Assembly (NCBI GenBank): GCA_052168235.1
Contig: JBQLZK010000081.1
Span: 1 to 24,364 of the forward strand
Reading direction: 5' to 3'
DNA from: Thainema sp.
GTDB lineage: Bacteria; Cyanobacteriota; Cyanobacteriia; Phormidesmidales; Phormidesmidaceae
DNA length: 24,364 nt
Positions within the stretch are counted from its first letter, which is position 1. Each line of letters starts with the position of its first letter. Positions 1 to 7,935 of the stretch are shown here, piece after piece. The position numbers and the translations under genes are program-made. The notes under the pieces were generated by a model. It was not told the origin of the DNA. It saw only the letters and a list, made by a program, of their open reading frames with translations, and did not search any database.

Positions 1-58
1 CACCTTCACCTTAGGCACTCATCTCCCGAACAACATCAGTTTTCGGATAGGTTCTTAG
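1..58 (-). mobile_element. End of an IS/MITE-like repeated element, truncated by the window edge
   Basis: The reverse complement of 6-58 matches 24312-24364 at 51/53 nt. On the minus strand it reads CTAA|GAACCTATCCGAAAAC..., a TAA followed by a TIR-like end. No transposase in view. Confidence 0.7.
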
Positions 59-164
59 CAAGCATTTCACACAAAATAAACAGGGTTCCTATACACAGAC
101 TTAATATTAGGCACGTAGAACTGTAGGTCGCAAACGTATCGATTCAGTTTTGATGAATAGCTAG

Positions 165-263
165 CTACGGAAGCTGCGAGAGCAGCTTGATCATTAAGGG
201 CGCTGAAGCCAGCAGCGCGACTTGTAGAATGGCGATTGTCCACCATTGAAACTGTTGTTTCAC
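165..263 (-). CDS. Candidate 32-aa small hydrophobic protein (MKQQFQWWTIAILQVALLASAPLMIKLLSQLP)
   Basis: GTG at 263 is preceded by AGGAG at 8-nt spacing. One hydrophobic stretch of about 20 aa. It is the 3' part of track ORF 165..371. Confidence 0.45.
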   Translation of the reverse strand: MKQQFQWWTIAILQVALLASAPLMIKLLSQLP

Positions 264-736
264 ATCTATCTCTCCTAATTTGCCGTGCCCGGATGCAACA
301 GTGTTGAGGAGCAATTTCATACGATGATTCATGACAGTTGCGGTAGTTGTCACTGTAGACGACTGTGCCAAAGCATGGATTCAATCATCCAGCGTAGGAT
401 TGCGGAAGTTTGCCCAACCATCTGTCAGAAGTCCACAACAGAGGTCGAAACGCTAAATGGGATAAATCAACTGATTTTGGAATTAACAAAACATAGCGAT
501 CGGCTAGATTTCATCAGGGTTTTACGCATTGCAGTCGGATAGTAATTCACAGTTGCGATCGCGCTTTGCCCGCAACATCCTAACGCAATCATTCTAGGGT
601 CAACATATTGCGTTACAAAGTGCGGATAAATGGCACGTTATGAACGTTTCTTATGGTTGAGATCACTTCTACAGCAGGACTCTCAGCCCTAAATCGAATT
701 GTTAACAGTCCGCCTACATTCTGTGTGAAGTGGACG

Positions 737-2449
737 CTAATCCGTTGGTGTATGACGTGAAAATACGTAGATGCGCTGCATTTCTAACTGGTTCCGCAGG
801 TCAGAGGGCATCAGTGCATCGCTATCGGATGCGGCATCCAATCGGAAAATTTGCCGATTAAGCTGCACCTGTAGATTAGTCAGAGGATCAGCGCCGCTGG
901 AAATCAGAAACTCAATTTGCTGCACAAACGGCCACTGAGCCAGCTCATCCAGAATTTTCACAATCGCTTCCACATAGGGATGATGAGCATCCTTATACCA
1001 GTCTGCAGAGGCTAAGAAGGGCTGATCGAGCCCCAAATGTACCGTCAAAGAGGAGCGACCGAAGAGGGCAACCGCTAGCGATCGCGCTTCTTCTTGAATC
1101 AGTAAATCATGCTCCCGCACCAGATAGCGCAGTTTTTCCAGGCGGTCATAGCGCTCGGTCACAGACTGGGGATCATCCTGCCACTGAATGGCCACTGTCG
1201 CCAGATAGGTCTGAATCATCAAGTGGCCTAGCTTTTCGGCTTTGGTGGTCAGGTAAGCGGCATTATGCACCGTCGCTTCAATCAGCAGCGGCACCCGATC
1301 CACCATTTCCAGGCCGTAGCCCTTAAGTCCAGCAATTTTACGAGGGTTGTTGGTGATCAGGCGAAACTGCTTGACGCCGATGTCATTGAGGATTTGCGCG
1401 CCCATACCGTAGTTGCGCTGATCCACAGGTAAGCCTAGCTTTTCGTTGGCTTCAACCGTATCGAGTCCCATATCCTGCAACGAGTAAGCTTTCAGCTTAT
1501 TCACCAAGCCGATGCCGCGACCTTCCTGCTTCAGGTACACGACAACGCCTTTGCCAGCATTCTCAATCATCTTCAGTGCAGCCTGGAGCTGCATCCGGCA
1601 GTCGCAGCGCAGCGATCCCAAGGCATCGCCCGTCAGACATTCGGAGTGTACCCGCACCATCACAGGTTCATCTTGGAACGTGGCGGGATCGCCTTTGACA
1701 ATAGCAACGTGTTCCGTATTATCCAGATAGTTGCGGTAGGCGTAAATGTGGAAATGGCCAAACTGGGTGGGCAAATCCGCTACGGTTTCCCGCTTGATGA
1801 ACCGCTCCCGCTGGAGCCGATAGGAAATCAGATCGGCAATGCTGATCAGCTTCAGATTGTGGGTTCTGGCATACTCGATTAGTTCTGGCAGTCGAGCCAT
1901 CGAGCCATCGGGATTTTGAATTTCGCAAATTACGCCTGCGGGATATAAACCCGCTAGCTGTGACAAATCAACCGCTGCTTCCGTATGGCCAGCCCGCTTC
2001 AGCACGCCGCCATCCCGCGCCCGCAGCGGAAAAATGTGGCCGGGGCGGCGCAAGTCCATTGGCTTGGCGCTGGGGTTAATCGCAACCTGAATGGTTTTCG
2101 CCCGGTCGTCGGCAGAAATTCCCGTCGTGACGCCTAAATGGAGAGCGGCATCAATGCTGACGGTGAACGCCGTTTGCTCGTTTTGGTCTTCAAACGACGA
2201 AGCCGTAACCATCAGCGGCAAATCCAGTTCGTCCAGCCGTTCGCCCGTCATGGCTAGACAAATTAATCCCCGCGCCTCGACCGCCATGAAGTTAATCATG
2301 TCGGGTGTGGCAAACTGTGCGGCGCAGACGACATCGCCCTCATTTTCGCGATTCTCGTCGTCTACGACCACGATGGAACGCCCCGCCTTTAAATCTGCGA
2401 TCGCGGCGTCAATCGAATCAAATTGAAACCCAGAGTCAGTGTTCATCAT
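737..2449 (-). CDS. ribBA: Bifunctional 3,4-dihydroxy-2-butanone-4-phosphate synthase / GTP cyclohydrolase II
   Basis: DHBPS motifs [20 protein letters not shown] and [14 protein letters not shown] motifs [13 protein letters not shown] and QEGRGIG. C-terminal extension as in cyanobacterial RibBA. Start placed at ATG 2449 (or 2446) rather than TTG 2521. Confidence 0.96.
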   Translation of the reverse strand: MMNTDSGFQFDSIDAAIADLKAGRSIVVVDDENRENEGDVVCAAQFATPDMINFMAVEARGLICLAMTGERLDELDLPLMVTASSFEDQNEQTAFTVSIDAALHLGVTTGISADDRAKTIQVAINPSAKPMDLRRPGHIFPLRARDGGVLKRAGHTEAAVDLSQLAGLYPAGVICEIQNPDGSMARLPELIEYARTHNLKLISIADLISYRLQRERFIKRETVADLPTQFGHFHIYAYRNYLDNTEHVAIVKGDPATFQDEPVMVRVHSECLTGDALGSLRCDCRMQLQAALKMIENAGKGVVVYLKQEGRGIGLVNKLKAYSLQDMGLDTVEANEKLGLPVDQRNYGMGAQILNDIGVKQFRLITNNPRKIAGLKGYGLEMVDRVPLLIEATVHNAAYLTTKAEKLGHLMIQTYLATVAIQWQDDPQSVTERYDRLEKLRYLVREHDLLIQEEARSLAVALFGRSSLTVHLGLDQPFLASADWYKDAHHPYVEAIVKILDELAQWPFVQQIEFLISSGADPLTNLQVQLNRQIFRLDAASDSDALMPSDLRNQLEMQRIYVFSRHTPTD

Positions 2450-2534
2450 AGTTAATACAAATTGTATCCCGTTTAATCTGTCCTGTAGGTCTGGATCAGA
2501 CTGGGAATTATGAGGAAGCAAGGGAAAAGCATAC

Positions 2535-2598
2535 TGGGCATTGCCCCACCCTCACAATTAGGACTTGCTTGAAGAGTGGCAGGCATTGTCTACCCTAC
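2535..2598. repeat. Degenerate REP-like half elements (GGGCAnTGCCCACCCTAC type)
   Basis: TGGGCATTGCCCCACCCTCAC and GGCAGGCATTGTCTACCCTAC resemble each other and the GTAG-family REP hairpins. Confidence 0.4.
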
Positions 2599-2643
2599 GA
2601 TAGGACTGACTGAATGGCAATTCTGAAGCAAGCTAAGTGAGTG

Positions 2644-3165
2644 CTATTCGGTGGCCTGCACGGGAGTTGTCTGTAAATCGGCAGGATGCATGTGCTCATA
2701 CGGCTCAAAAGGTTGATGAATCCAGGGATTATTCGGTAGAAAATCGACATAATAATCCGGCTCAATTACCGAACAGTCTTTATACCAAAGTACGGCGGTG
2801 CGGACTTCTTCCACATAAAAGCCATAGCGGCGATCTAGCCAAACCAGCGACTTTTGCAGCGTGATTCCGGAATCGACTAAATCGTCCACCAGCAGAACAT
2901 GGCTGCCTAGATTTGCGGTCGTTTTGGTTAAATCATTGGCAAAGGTAATTGCACCACGAGTTTGCCCCTTTGTGCCGCCGTAGGATGACGTGGCCAAGAT
3001 GGCTAGGGGCACATCGTAAATCCGAGCAATGATATCGCCAACTCGCAAACCACCTTTGGCAAGGCAGATCACCTGATTAAATTCCCACCCGGAGTCATAA
3101 ATCTGTTTTGCCAGATGCTCAATTTTCTGGTGGTAATCTGGCCAGGTTACAAAAATTTCTGGCAT
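2644..3165 (-). CDS. Type I phosphoribosyltransferase (xanthine/hypoxanthine-guanine PRT-like)
   Basis: CLAKGGLR loop and PRPP-binding motif VLLVDDLVDSGIT; C-terminal WIHQPFE. Start placed at ATG 3165 (MPEIFV). Confidence 0.9.
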   Translation of the reverse strand: MPEIFVTWPDYHQKIEHLAKQIYDSGWEFNQVICLAKGGLRVGDIIARIYDVPLAILATSSYGGTKGQTRGAITFANDLTKTTANLGSHVLLVDDLVDSGITLQKSLVWLDRRYGFYVEEVRTAVLWYKDCSVIEPDYYVDFLPNNPWIHQPFEPYEHMHPADLQTTPVQATE

Positions 3166-3219
3166 AGCAGCAACAGTTATAAACGGTTTAGAAATGACAC
3201 AACAAAATTGATCAGCAGT

Positions 3220-3263
3220 CAAACACCCAAAACTGGGGACGTATCCCGCAGTTTGGGTATTTG
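3220..3263 (-). other. Stable hairpin upstream of the PRT gene (terminator or 5' UTR element)
   Basis: Minus strand CAAAUACCCAAACUGCGGGA-UACG-UCCCCAGUUUUGGGUGUUUG forms a stem of about 19 bp with a G.U pair and a UACG loop. Confidence 0.5.
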
Positions 3264-3330
3264 TCCCAAATTGCAGACATCATATCGCGTTCAGCCAGTT
3301 TCGCGGTTCATCTTACTGTGACCTGTAATA

Positions 3331-3431
3331 CTCGCATCTTGCACCAAAACCCAGAAGGGTTATTTGGTTGCCGCGATGCGGCGATAAAGTAACCTCTTCG
3401 GGTTCTCAAAGTGCAAGGTGCAAGATGTAAG
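3331..3431. mobile_element. 101-bp MITE-like element
   Basis: 15-bp terminal inverted repeats CTCGCATCTTGCACC / GGTGCAAGATGTAAG (2 mismatches). TA on both sides (3329-3330, 3432-3433). The interior is an imperfect palindrome. Confidence 0.65.
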
Positions 3432-3530
3432 TAGTACCAATTTTGGGAATTAGCCCTGACGTGCGGATGTGATGTGCCGATGCGGCAGCGGTTTGACGAG
3501 GGAAAACGCAAAGCAGTTTAGCAAAACAGT

Positions 3531-4385
3531 TTAGCGAATAAAGCCGATCAGAGAACTCGCAGCAATTGTCAGATAGATTAGGGCGGAAGCGGTTTCGAGG
3601 AGAGCCACATGCTGGATGCGAGTTGTCTGATACCAGGTGCGCCGTCCAAGAATTACGCCGAATTTGCACAGCACTACGCCAAATGCCAAGGCAGGGATAG
3701 CGGCGAGCCCGCCACTGTACCAAAGGCCTGCCACAAGTAGGCTTGCAATGCTGTGGTAGATCAATCCTGGCAGCACCGACTGCGTTTTGGGCTTACGGAG
3801 TTTGACCGTAAAAATGGCGCTACTGAAAACGAGCGTGTTCAATAGCCACAGTCCCATTACTGATGTTGTGATCGTGCCCATTGTCGCTGCGTAGGCGAAG
3901 GGGGTTGCTAAGCAAACTGCTGCAAACGTAATTAGCTCATTGGGTATCGCCCTTTGTTTATGGTGAAAAACTGCGATCGCATCAATCCCAAACGCTGCGA
4001 TCGCCCCTAGATAAAGCCACAACAGCAGTGAAGTTTGCAGATAGAGCTCTATCGCAATGCCAAGAGCAATGCTGGTGTAGAGACTGCTCCACACCAGGAA
4101 ACGGGGTTTCCAACTGCTGCGCTGCTTGATTTGCAGTACCCACGGATGCTCAGCCTGAAATCCGGCCATCGCGCAAATTAGAGCCAGTGTCGTGGCGGAT
4201 GTCCAGTGTTGAGCAGCGGCAGCACCCGTTATAAATGAGCCAAGTAGCACCACGTAAACGCCATGTTCAGGAGAGACAGTGGGACGATACCAGGCGGAAG
4301 TCCGCGAGGTGGATTGAATTGGTGGTTGAGTTGGCGTTGGTGTTGATGGGGTGGCTTGATCCGGGTGGGATTTTGAAGTGGTCAC
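3531..4385 (-). CDS. YwiC-like family membrane protein
   Basis: N-terminal PEHGxY motif of YwiC-like proteins followed by about 8 hydrophobic segments. The GTG start overlaps the cupin stop (GTGA). Confidence 0.82.
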   Translation of the reverse strand: MTTSKSHPDQATPSTPTPTQPPIQSTSRTSAWYRPTVSPEHGVYVVLLGSFITGAAAAQHWTSATTLALICAMAGFQAEHPWVLQIKQRSSWKPRFLVWSSLYTSIALGIAIELYLQTSLLLWLYLGAIAAFGIDAIAVFHHKQRAIPNELITFAAVCLATPFAYAATMGTITTSVMGLWLLNTLVFSSAIFTVKLRKPKTQSVLPGLIYHSIASLLVAGLWYSGGLAAIPALAFGVVLCKFGVILGRRTWYQTTRIQHVALLETASALIYLTIAASSLIGFIR

Positions 4386-4762
4386 TGCGCGGCCTGCTCC
4401 TGCGATCGCAAGGCCGAGGCAGATTCAGAAGCAGACTCGGAAAAAGTGAGCAGAAAAGCTAGGTTATCGGTAGCAGAGAGGGCGTGGGGCGCATGGGCTG
4501 GCATAACAACAAATGTGCCCGGTTCCAGGTGAATATCCTGACCGTTCAGTGTCAGTGTGCCCTGCCCAGCTAAAACATGAACCGTGGCATTGCGGCTAGC
4601 AGTATGTTCCGATATATCTGTGCCTGCGGCTAGACAAAATAGGGTGTACTGACAATGGCTATCTTGTAGCAGCACCTTGCTCAAAATGCCTGTCTGCGGA
4701 TATTCCAGCAGATCATGAATCTGGAGGGCAGCGGGTTGCATGGCCAAAACTGTAGTTGTCAT
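4382..4762 (-). CDS. Cupin domain protein
   Basis: Cupin motifs LAAGTDISEHT...HVLAGQG and PGTFVVMPAHAPHAL. Confidence 0.9.
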   Translation of the reverse strand: MTTTVLAMQPAALQIHDLLEYPQTGILSKVLLQDSHCQYTLFCLAAGTDISEHTASRNATVHVLAGQGTLTLNGQDIHLEPGTFVVMPAHAPHALSATDNLAFLLTFSESASESASALRSQEQAAQ

Positions 4763-4799
4763 TGTGATCTCGCTTGAAAACGATCCAGTGCATGTTTAC

Positions 4800-4841
4800 A
4801 GCCTAAGAAAATCGAGCGGAAGATGCCTTGACCTAAGTCAA
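4800..4841 (-). promoter_or_regulatory. Putative Crp/Fnr-family (FNR/Dnr-type) class II promoter of the cupin-YwiC operon
   Basis: Perfect palindrome TTGAC-CTAA-GTCAA at 4828-4841. A TAGGCT -10-like hexamer (TAnnnT) at 4805-4800 lies exactly 22 nt downstream on the minus strand. Confidence 0.65.
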
Positions 4842-4866
4842 AAATGAGATAGTTAAACCAAATCCA

Positions 4867-4913
4867 GGTTGAAAAGTAGAGTTTTCCCTGAGGGAAAACT
4901 CTACTTTTCAACC
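4867..4913. repeat. Near-perfect 47-bp palindrome
   Basis: GGTTGAAAAGTAGAGTTTTCCCT-G-AGGGAAAACTCTACTTTTCAACC: perfect 23-bp arms with a 1-nt spacer. Confidence 0.9.
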
Positions 4914-4952
4914 CTGTTGGGGTTTATAACTACGAGTCGGTGCATTTTGCTG

Positions 4953-5002
4953 AGTTTTGATGATTGAAGTGCCGTATGGAACGCACTTCGATCATCGAAA
5001 CT
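4953..5002. terminator. Hairpin just downstream of the acyltransferase stop (possible terminator or REP-like repeat)
   Basis: 20-nt arms AGTTTTGATGATTGAAGTGC / GCACTTCGATCATCGAAACT with two mismatches (G.U pairs on the + strand) and a 10-nt loop. Confidence 0.5.
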
Positions 5003-5009
5003 TAGTTCA

Positions 5010-6032
5010 TCACAACATGACACGGTCGTAGAGTCGCTGAAATCCATAGGCGGTGATAAACGTTAGGGGGAGCATGATGCCCATCCAGTAGAGTAGGGAG
5101 CCCCACACTGTTGTCGGGTTATAGAGGACTTGGCCGAGATGGAACGTTAAACGATGGATTAAGTAAGCGGCAAAGCTGGCGTAGCTAATGGCGTGAACCC
5201 AATGCAGCAATTGAGGATGTTGAAGCCGAGATGCGATCGCATCGGCCACATACCACAAGACTGGAAGGGCCAAGCCAATAGCAACATCTGTCACTAAAAT
5301 GTGCGCTAAGCCAAATTCAAGCTTGGAGTATAGAAGCGCCGTCCCCCCAAATCCGGCTAGGCAGATCCCAATGATCCAGTTGTGATGGAGCAGTTGCTGC
5401 AGCTTGGCCTGCTGGCCCAGTGTGATGCCAGAGGCAAAGGCTGGTAAGTAGAGAATTAAACGCAGATCAACGGCATTGGTTACGAAAAAGACTAGCAGGA
5501 GCACGATATAGAGAATGAGCGTCAGCGCGATCGCAAATTTAGTTTGATTTTGATATCTATATAAGTAAATCGGCGTCAGCGCATAGTAAATCATGATCAC
5601 GGGAATAAACCACAGTGTTGTCAGCGGCAGAAAGGGAAGAGCTGTGGTCAAAAACGTGGCCCGCAGATAGGTCAGCCCATCAATTTGCTGCAAGAGCCAG
5701 AATCCAGTTAGCGCTATCCAATACATAGGGTAAATTCGCCGCCAGCGCCGCCAATAGAATGTCCAGATGCGATCGCAATTAGTAAATGAGTAGCGCTGCG
5801 CCAAAACAAATCCTGATATAAACACGAACAGCCCTAAACAGACGTGGGTGAATAAGCTGGTGACAGAGTTTTTATGGAAATTGAGTGCATCGGCATATTC
5901 AAACAAGTGCCAAAAGCCAACGACGTAGAGTAATGCCCCAGCCCGTAATAAATCAACCGTCAAGCTGCGTGGAGCCGATTGAGATCGAGCGACTGAGCGA
6001 ATGGCCGCAAAGCGGTTGGCTAGTATTGACAT
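5010..6032 (-). CDS. Acyltransferase family 3 (OafA/AT3-like membrane O-acyltransferase)
   Basis: DLLRA...WH, FVFISGF, FYWRRWRRIYP, LWFI and ISYASFAAYLIH motifs; about 10 hydrophobic segments. Confidence 0.9.
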   Translation of the reverse strand: MSILANRFAAIRSVARSQSAPRSLTVDLLRAGALLYVVGFWHLFEYADALNFHKNSVTSLFTHVCLGLFVFISGFVLAQRYSFTNCDRIWTFYWRRWRRIYPMYWIALTGFWLLQQIDGLTYLRATFLTTALPFLPLTTLWFIPVIMIYYALTPIYLYRYQNQTKFAIALTLILYIVLLLVFFVTNAVDLRLILYLPAFASGITLGQQAKLQQLLHHNWIIGICLAGFGGTALLYSKLEFGLAHILVTDVAIGLALPVLWYVADAIASRLQHPQLLHWVHAISYASFAAYLIHRLTFHLGQVLYNPTTVWGSLLYWMGIMLPLTFITAYGFQRLYDRVML

Positions 6033-6060
6033 GATGCTTGATTCCTGGAACTCCTAATCG

Positions 6061-6113
6061 CACAGTCTGATTAGTCCAGATTGATTATTTCAGATTGATT
6101 ATTTCAGACTGTG
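6061..6113. repeat. 14-bp tandem duplication inside a 10-bp inverted repeat
   Basis: CAGATTGATTATTT x2 at 6077-6104. CACAGTCTGA (6061-6070) is the reverse complement of TCAGACTGTG (6104-6113). Confidence 0.85.
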
Positions 6114-6250
6114 CTGTTCGTTTTTGTGCCGAGAGTGGGCATTGTGGAACCAAGTGAGCCGATTGTGCTCAAGGTCTATTGCTTAAAATAGAGGGCGAAC
6201 AGAAGGGGCATCCATCTTCAGTTTTCGGAATTATCAAGCACATATCGATC

Positions 6251-6291
6251 CATGCCCACCATGCCCACCATGCCCATCATGAACCATGCCC
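6251..6291 (+). repeat. 9-bp tandem repeat CATGCCCA(C/T) running into the hpsL start codon
   Basis: CATGCCCAC CATGCCCAC CATGCCCAT CATGAAC CATGCCC. Confidence 0.85.
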
Positions 6292-7935
6292 AAAACGAAA
6301 TCTAAACAGACCGCTGCAGCAGCGGTGCCGCCGTCTGAACTGAGTTTGAAAGAACGGCTGGCGCTAGAGCGCAAAGCTAAACGGATTCGTAAAAAGAATA
6401 CTCAGTTTATCCTGTCTGTTGTATTTGGGTCGGTACTGCTGGGCATTATTGTCGGCCTGATTGGCGGCGCATTTATCGGGGCCGGACTGGCTGCGGGCAT
6501 CATCTGTTTAGTGCTGTCCTATAAGTTTCCTCGGGCGGCGCTGTATGGCTTTATTCTCTACATGCCGTTTTCGGGCACAGTCACCTACACCCTCTCGTCA
6601 TCCGGTAGTCCGGTGCTGCAGTTGGCTAAGGATGCGTTCTACATCCCGGCCTGCATTGCCGTATTTATGCTGTGTGTTAAGCAAAAGCAGCCGTTTGTGA
6701 TCCCCAAATCCATTCAGGTGCCGCTGGGCATTTTGCTGACGTTTTGCTTTGCGACGCTGCTGTTTGTGAATGGCCTACAGCAACTGACCAGTAAAGGTGA
6801 ACAGCCTATTCTGATGGGCATTTTGGGTCTGAAAGTGCTGATTGGCTATCTACCGCTGATTACCTGTACGTTTTATCTGATTCGCGATCGCAAAGATCTA
6901 GAACTCCTCTTGCGGATGCAGGTTGGATTAATTATTACCTGCTGTGCGTTGGCCTTCGTGCAGTACATGTTCCTCAAAACTGGGCGCTGTCAAGGCACAA
7001 CAGGAACGGGTGCAGATCTGTTCCAAGCCTCAATTGAGGCCCGCTGTTTTGTGGGTGGGGCGCTGCTTTATACGCCCGAACAAGGCCAAATTCGCTTGCC
7101 GGGAACGTTTGTGGCCCCGTGGCAGTGGGGCTGGTTTCTCATTTCCAGTGCGTTTTTTGGCTTTACCGTCGCTTTTAGCGATCCGAAATGGTACTGGCGG
7201 ATTGCCGGTTTGGTGTCCCTCGCTGTAACGTTCATGATGGCAGTTTTGTCTGGGCAGCGAATTGCGCTGGCGCTGGTGCCCGTGGCCATTGTGATTCAGC
7301 TCATTTTGTCTGGTCAAATCGCTAACTTGAAACGCTTCATCCCCGTGGGGGTAGGTTTGGCGCTGATCTTGGGAATTGCGATGGCCAATAATCCTGCCGT
7401 TGTCCAAGAACGGGTTGAGAGTTTTCAATCTCGCTGGCAAGCCTCGCCACCAACGGCTTTTATTGAAGAGCAAATTGAGTGGGCCGTTTCGCAGCAAGAA
7501 GGAATTTTTGGACGAGGATTGGGTCGGGCTACCAATTCTGCCCGGACGTTTGGGAAGACTGCATTAGTAGAGACCTATCATCCCAAAGTCCTGTACGAAA
7601 TTGGCCCGCTGGGTCTGTTTGCATTGCTGGGACTGTTTACCACGCTGGTGGTCTCAACGTTCAAGGTCTATCGATCAGTGAAGCAGCATGAGTTGCGAAA
7701 TTACGGGGCCTGTTTGTGGGTGTTTGTGCTGTTTATCAGCTATTTCCCTTACTACTATCCGCTCGATGTCGATCCGGTGGCAGTGTATTTCTGGTTTGCC
7801 GTTGGCATTATTCTCAGCTTGCCCAAGCTGGAGGAGCAGGAGCGGTTAAATCCCCGTCCGGTCGAAGATCCCAAAGCGGCTAAAAAGCGTAAAAAGAAAA
7901 AACGTCAATCGCGAAAACGAGCCAAAGTGACATGA
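6286..7935 (+). CDS. hpsL: Hormogonium polysaccharide biosynthesis protein HpsL (Wzy/O-antigen-ligase-like membrane protein)
   Basis: Lys-rich termini; YMPFSGTVTY, LQLAKD, RLPGTFVAPWQW, GRGLGRATNSAR and YPLDVDPVAVYFW motifs, as I recall them for the HpsL family. Adjacent to a GT4 gene. Confidence 0.8.
   Translation: MPKTKSKQTAAAAVPPSELSLKERLALERKAKRIRKKNTQFILSVVFGSVLLGIIVGLIGGAFIGAGLAAGIICLVLSYKFPRAALYGFILYMPFSGTVTYTLSSSGSPVLQLAKDAFYIPACIAVFMLCVKQKQPFVIPKSIQVPLGILLTFCFATLLFVNGLQQLTSKGEQPILMGILGLKVLIGYLPLITCTFYLIRDRKDLELLLRMQVGLIITCCALAFVQYMFLKTGRCQGTTGTGADLFQASIEARCFVGGALLYTPEQGQIRLPGTFVAPWQWGWFLISSAFFGFTVAFSDPKWYWRIAGLVSLAVTFMMAVLSGQRIALALVPVAIVIQLILSGQIANLKRFIPVGVGLALILGIAMANNPAVVQERVESFQSRWQASPPTAFIEEQIEWAVSQQEGIFGRGLGRATNSARTFGKTALVETYHPKVLYEIGPLGLFALLGLFTTLVVSTFKVYRSVKQHELRNYGACLWVFVLFISYFPYYYPLDVDPVAVYFWFAVGIILSLPKLEEQERLNPRPVEDPKAAKKRKKKKRQSRKRAKVT

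Noticed and set aside
381..420. c-di-GMP-I riboswitch (GGCAAAC on the minus strand)
   Set aside because: The GNRA-capped P2 stem and the GACGCAAAG segment do not follow.
67..542. ORFs 67..384 (-) and 285..542 (+)
   Set aside because: No recognisable motifs or RBS, and they overlap each other and the better-supported small ORF.
737..1220. RibBA C-terminal extension of about 150 aa as a novel fusion
   Set aside because: As far as I recall this extension is normal for cyanobacterial RibBA.
2450..2643. FMN riboswitch upstream of ribBA
   Set aside because: None of the conserved RFN motifs are visible; only degenerate REP-like halves.
3115..3723. Short ORFs across the PRT-YwiC spacer and the many antisense or alternate-frame ORFs inside long genes
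   Set aside because: Shadow ORFs of well-supported genes or translations of repeats.
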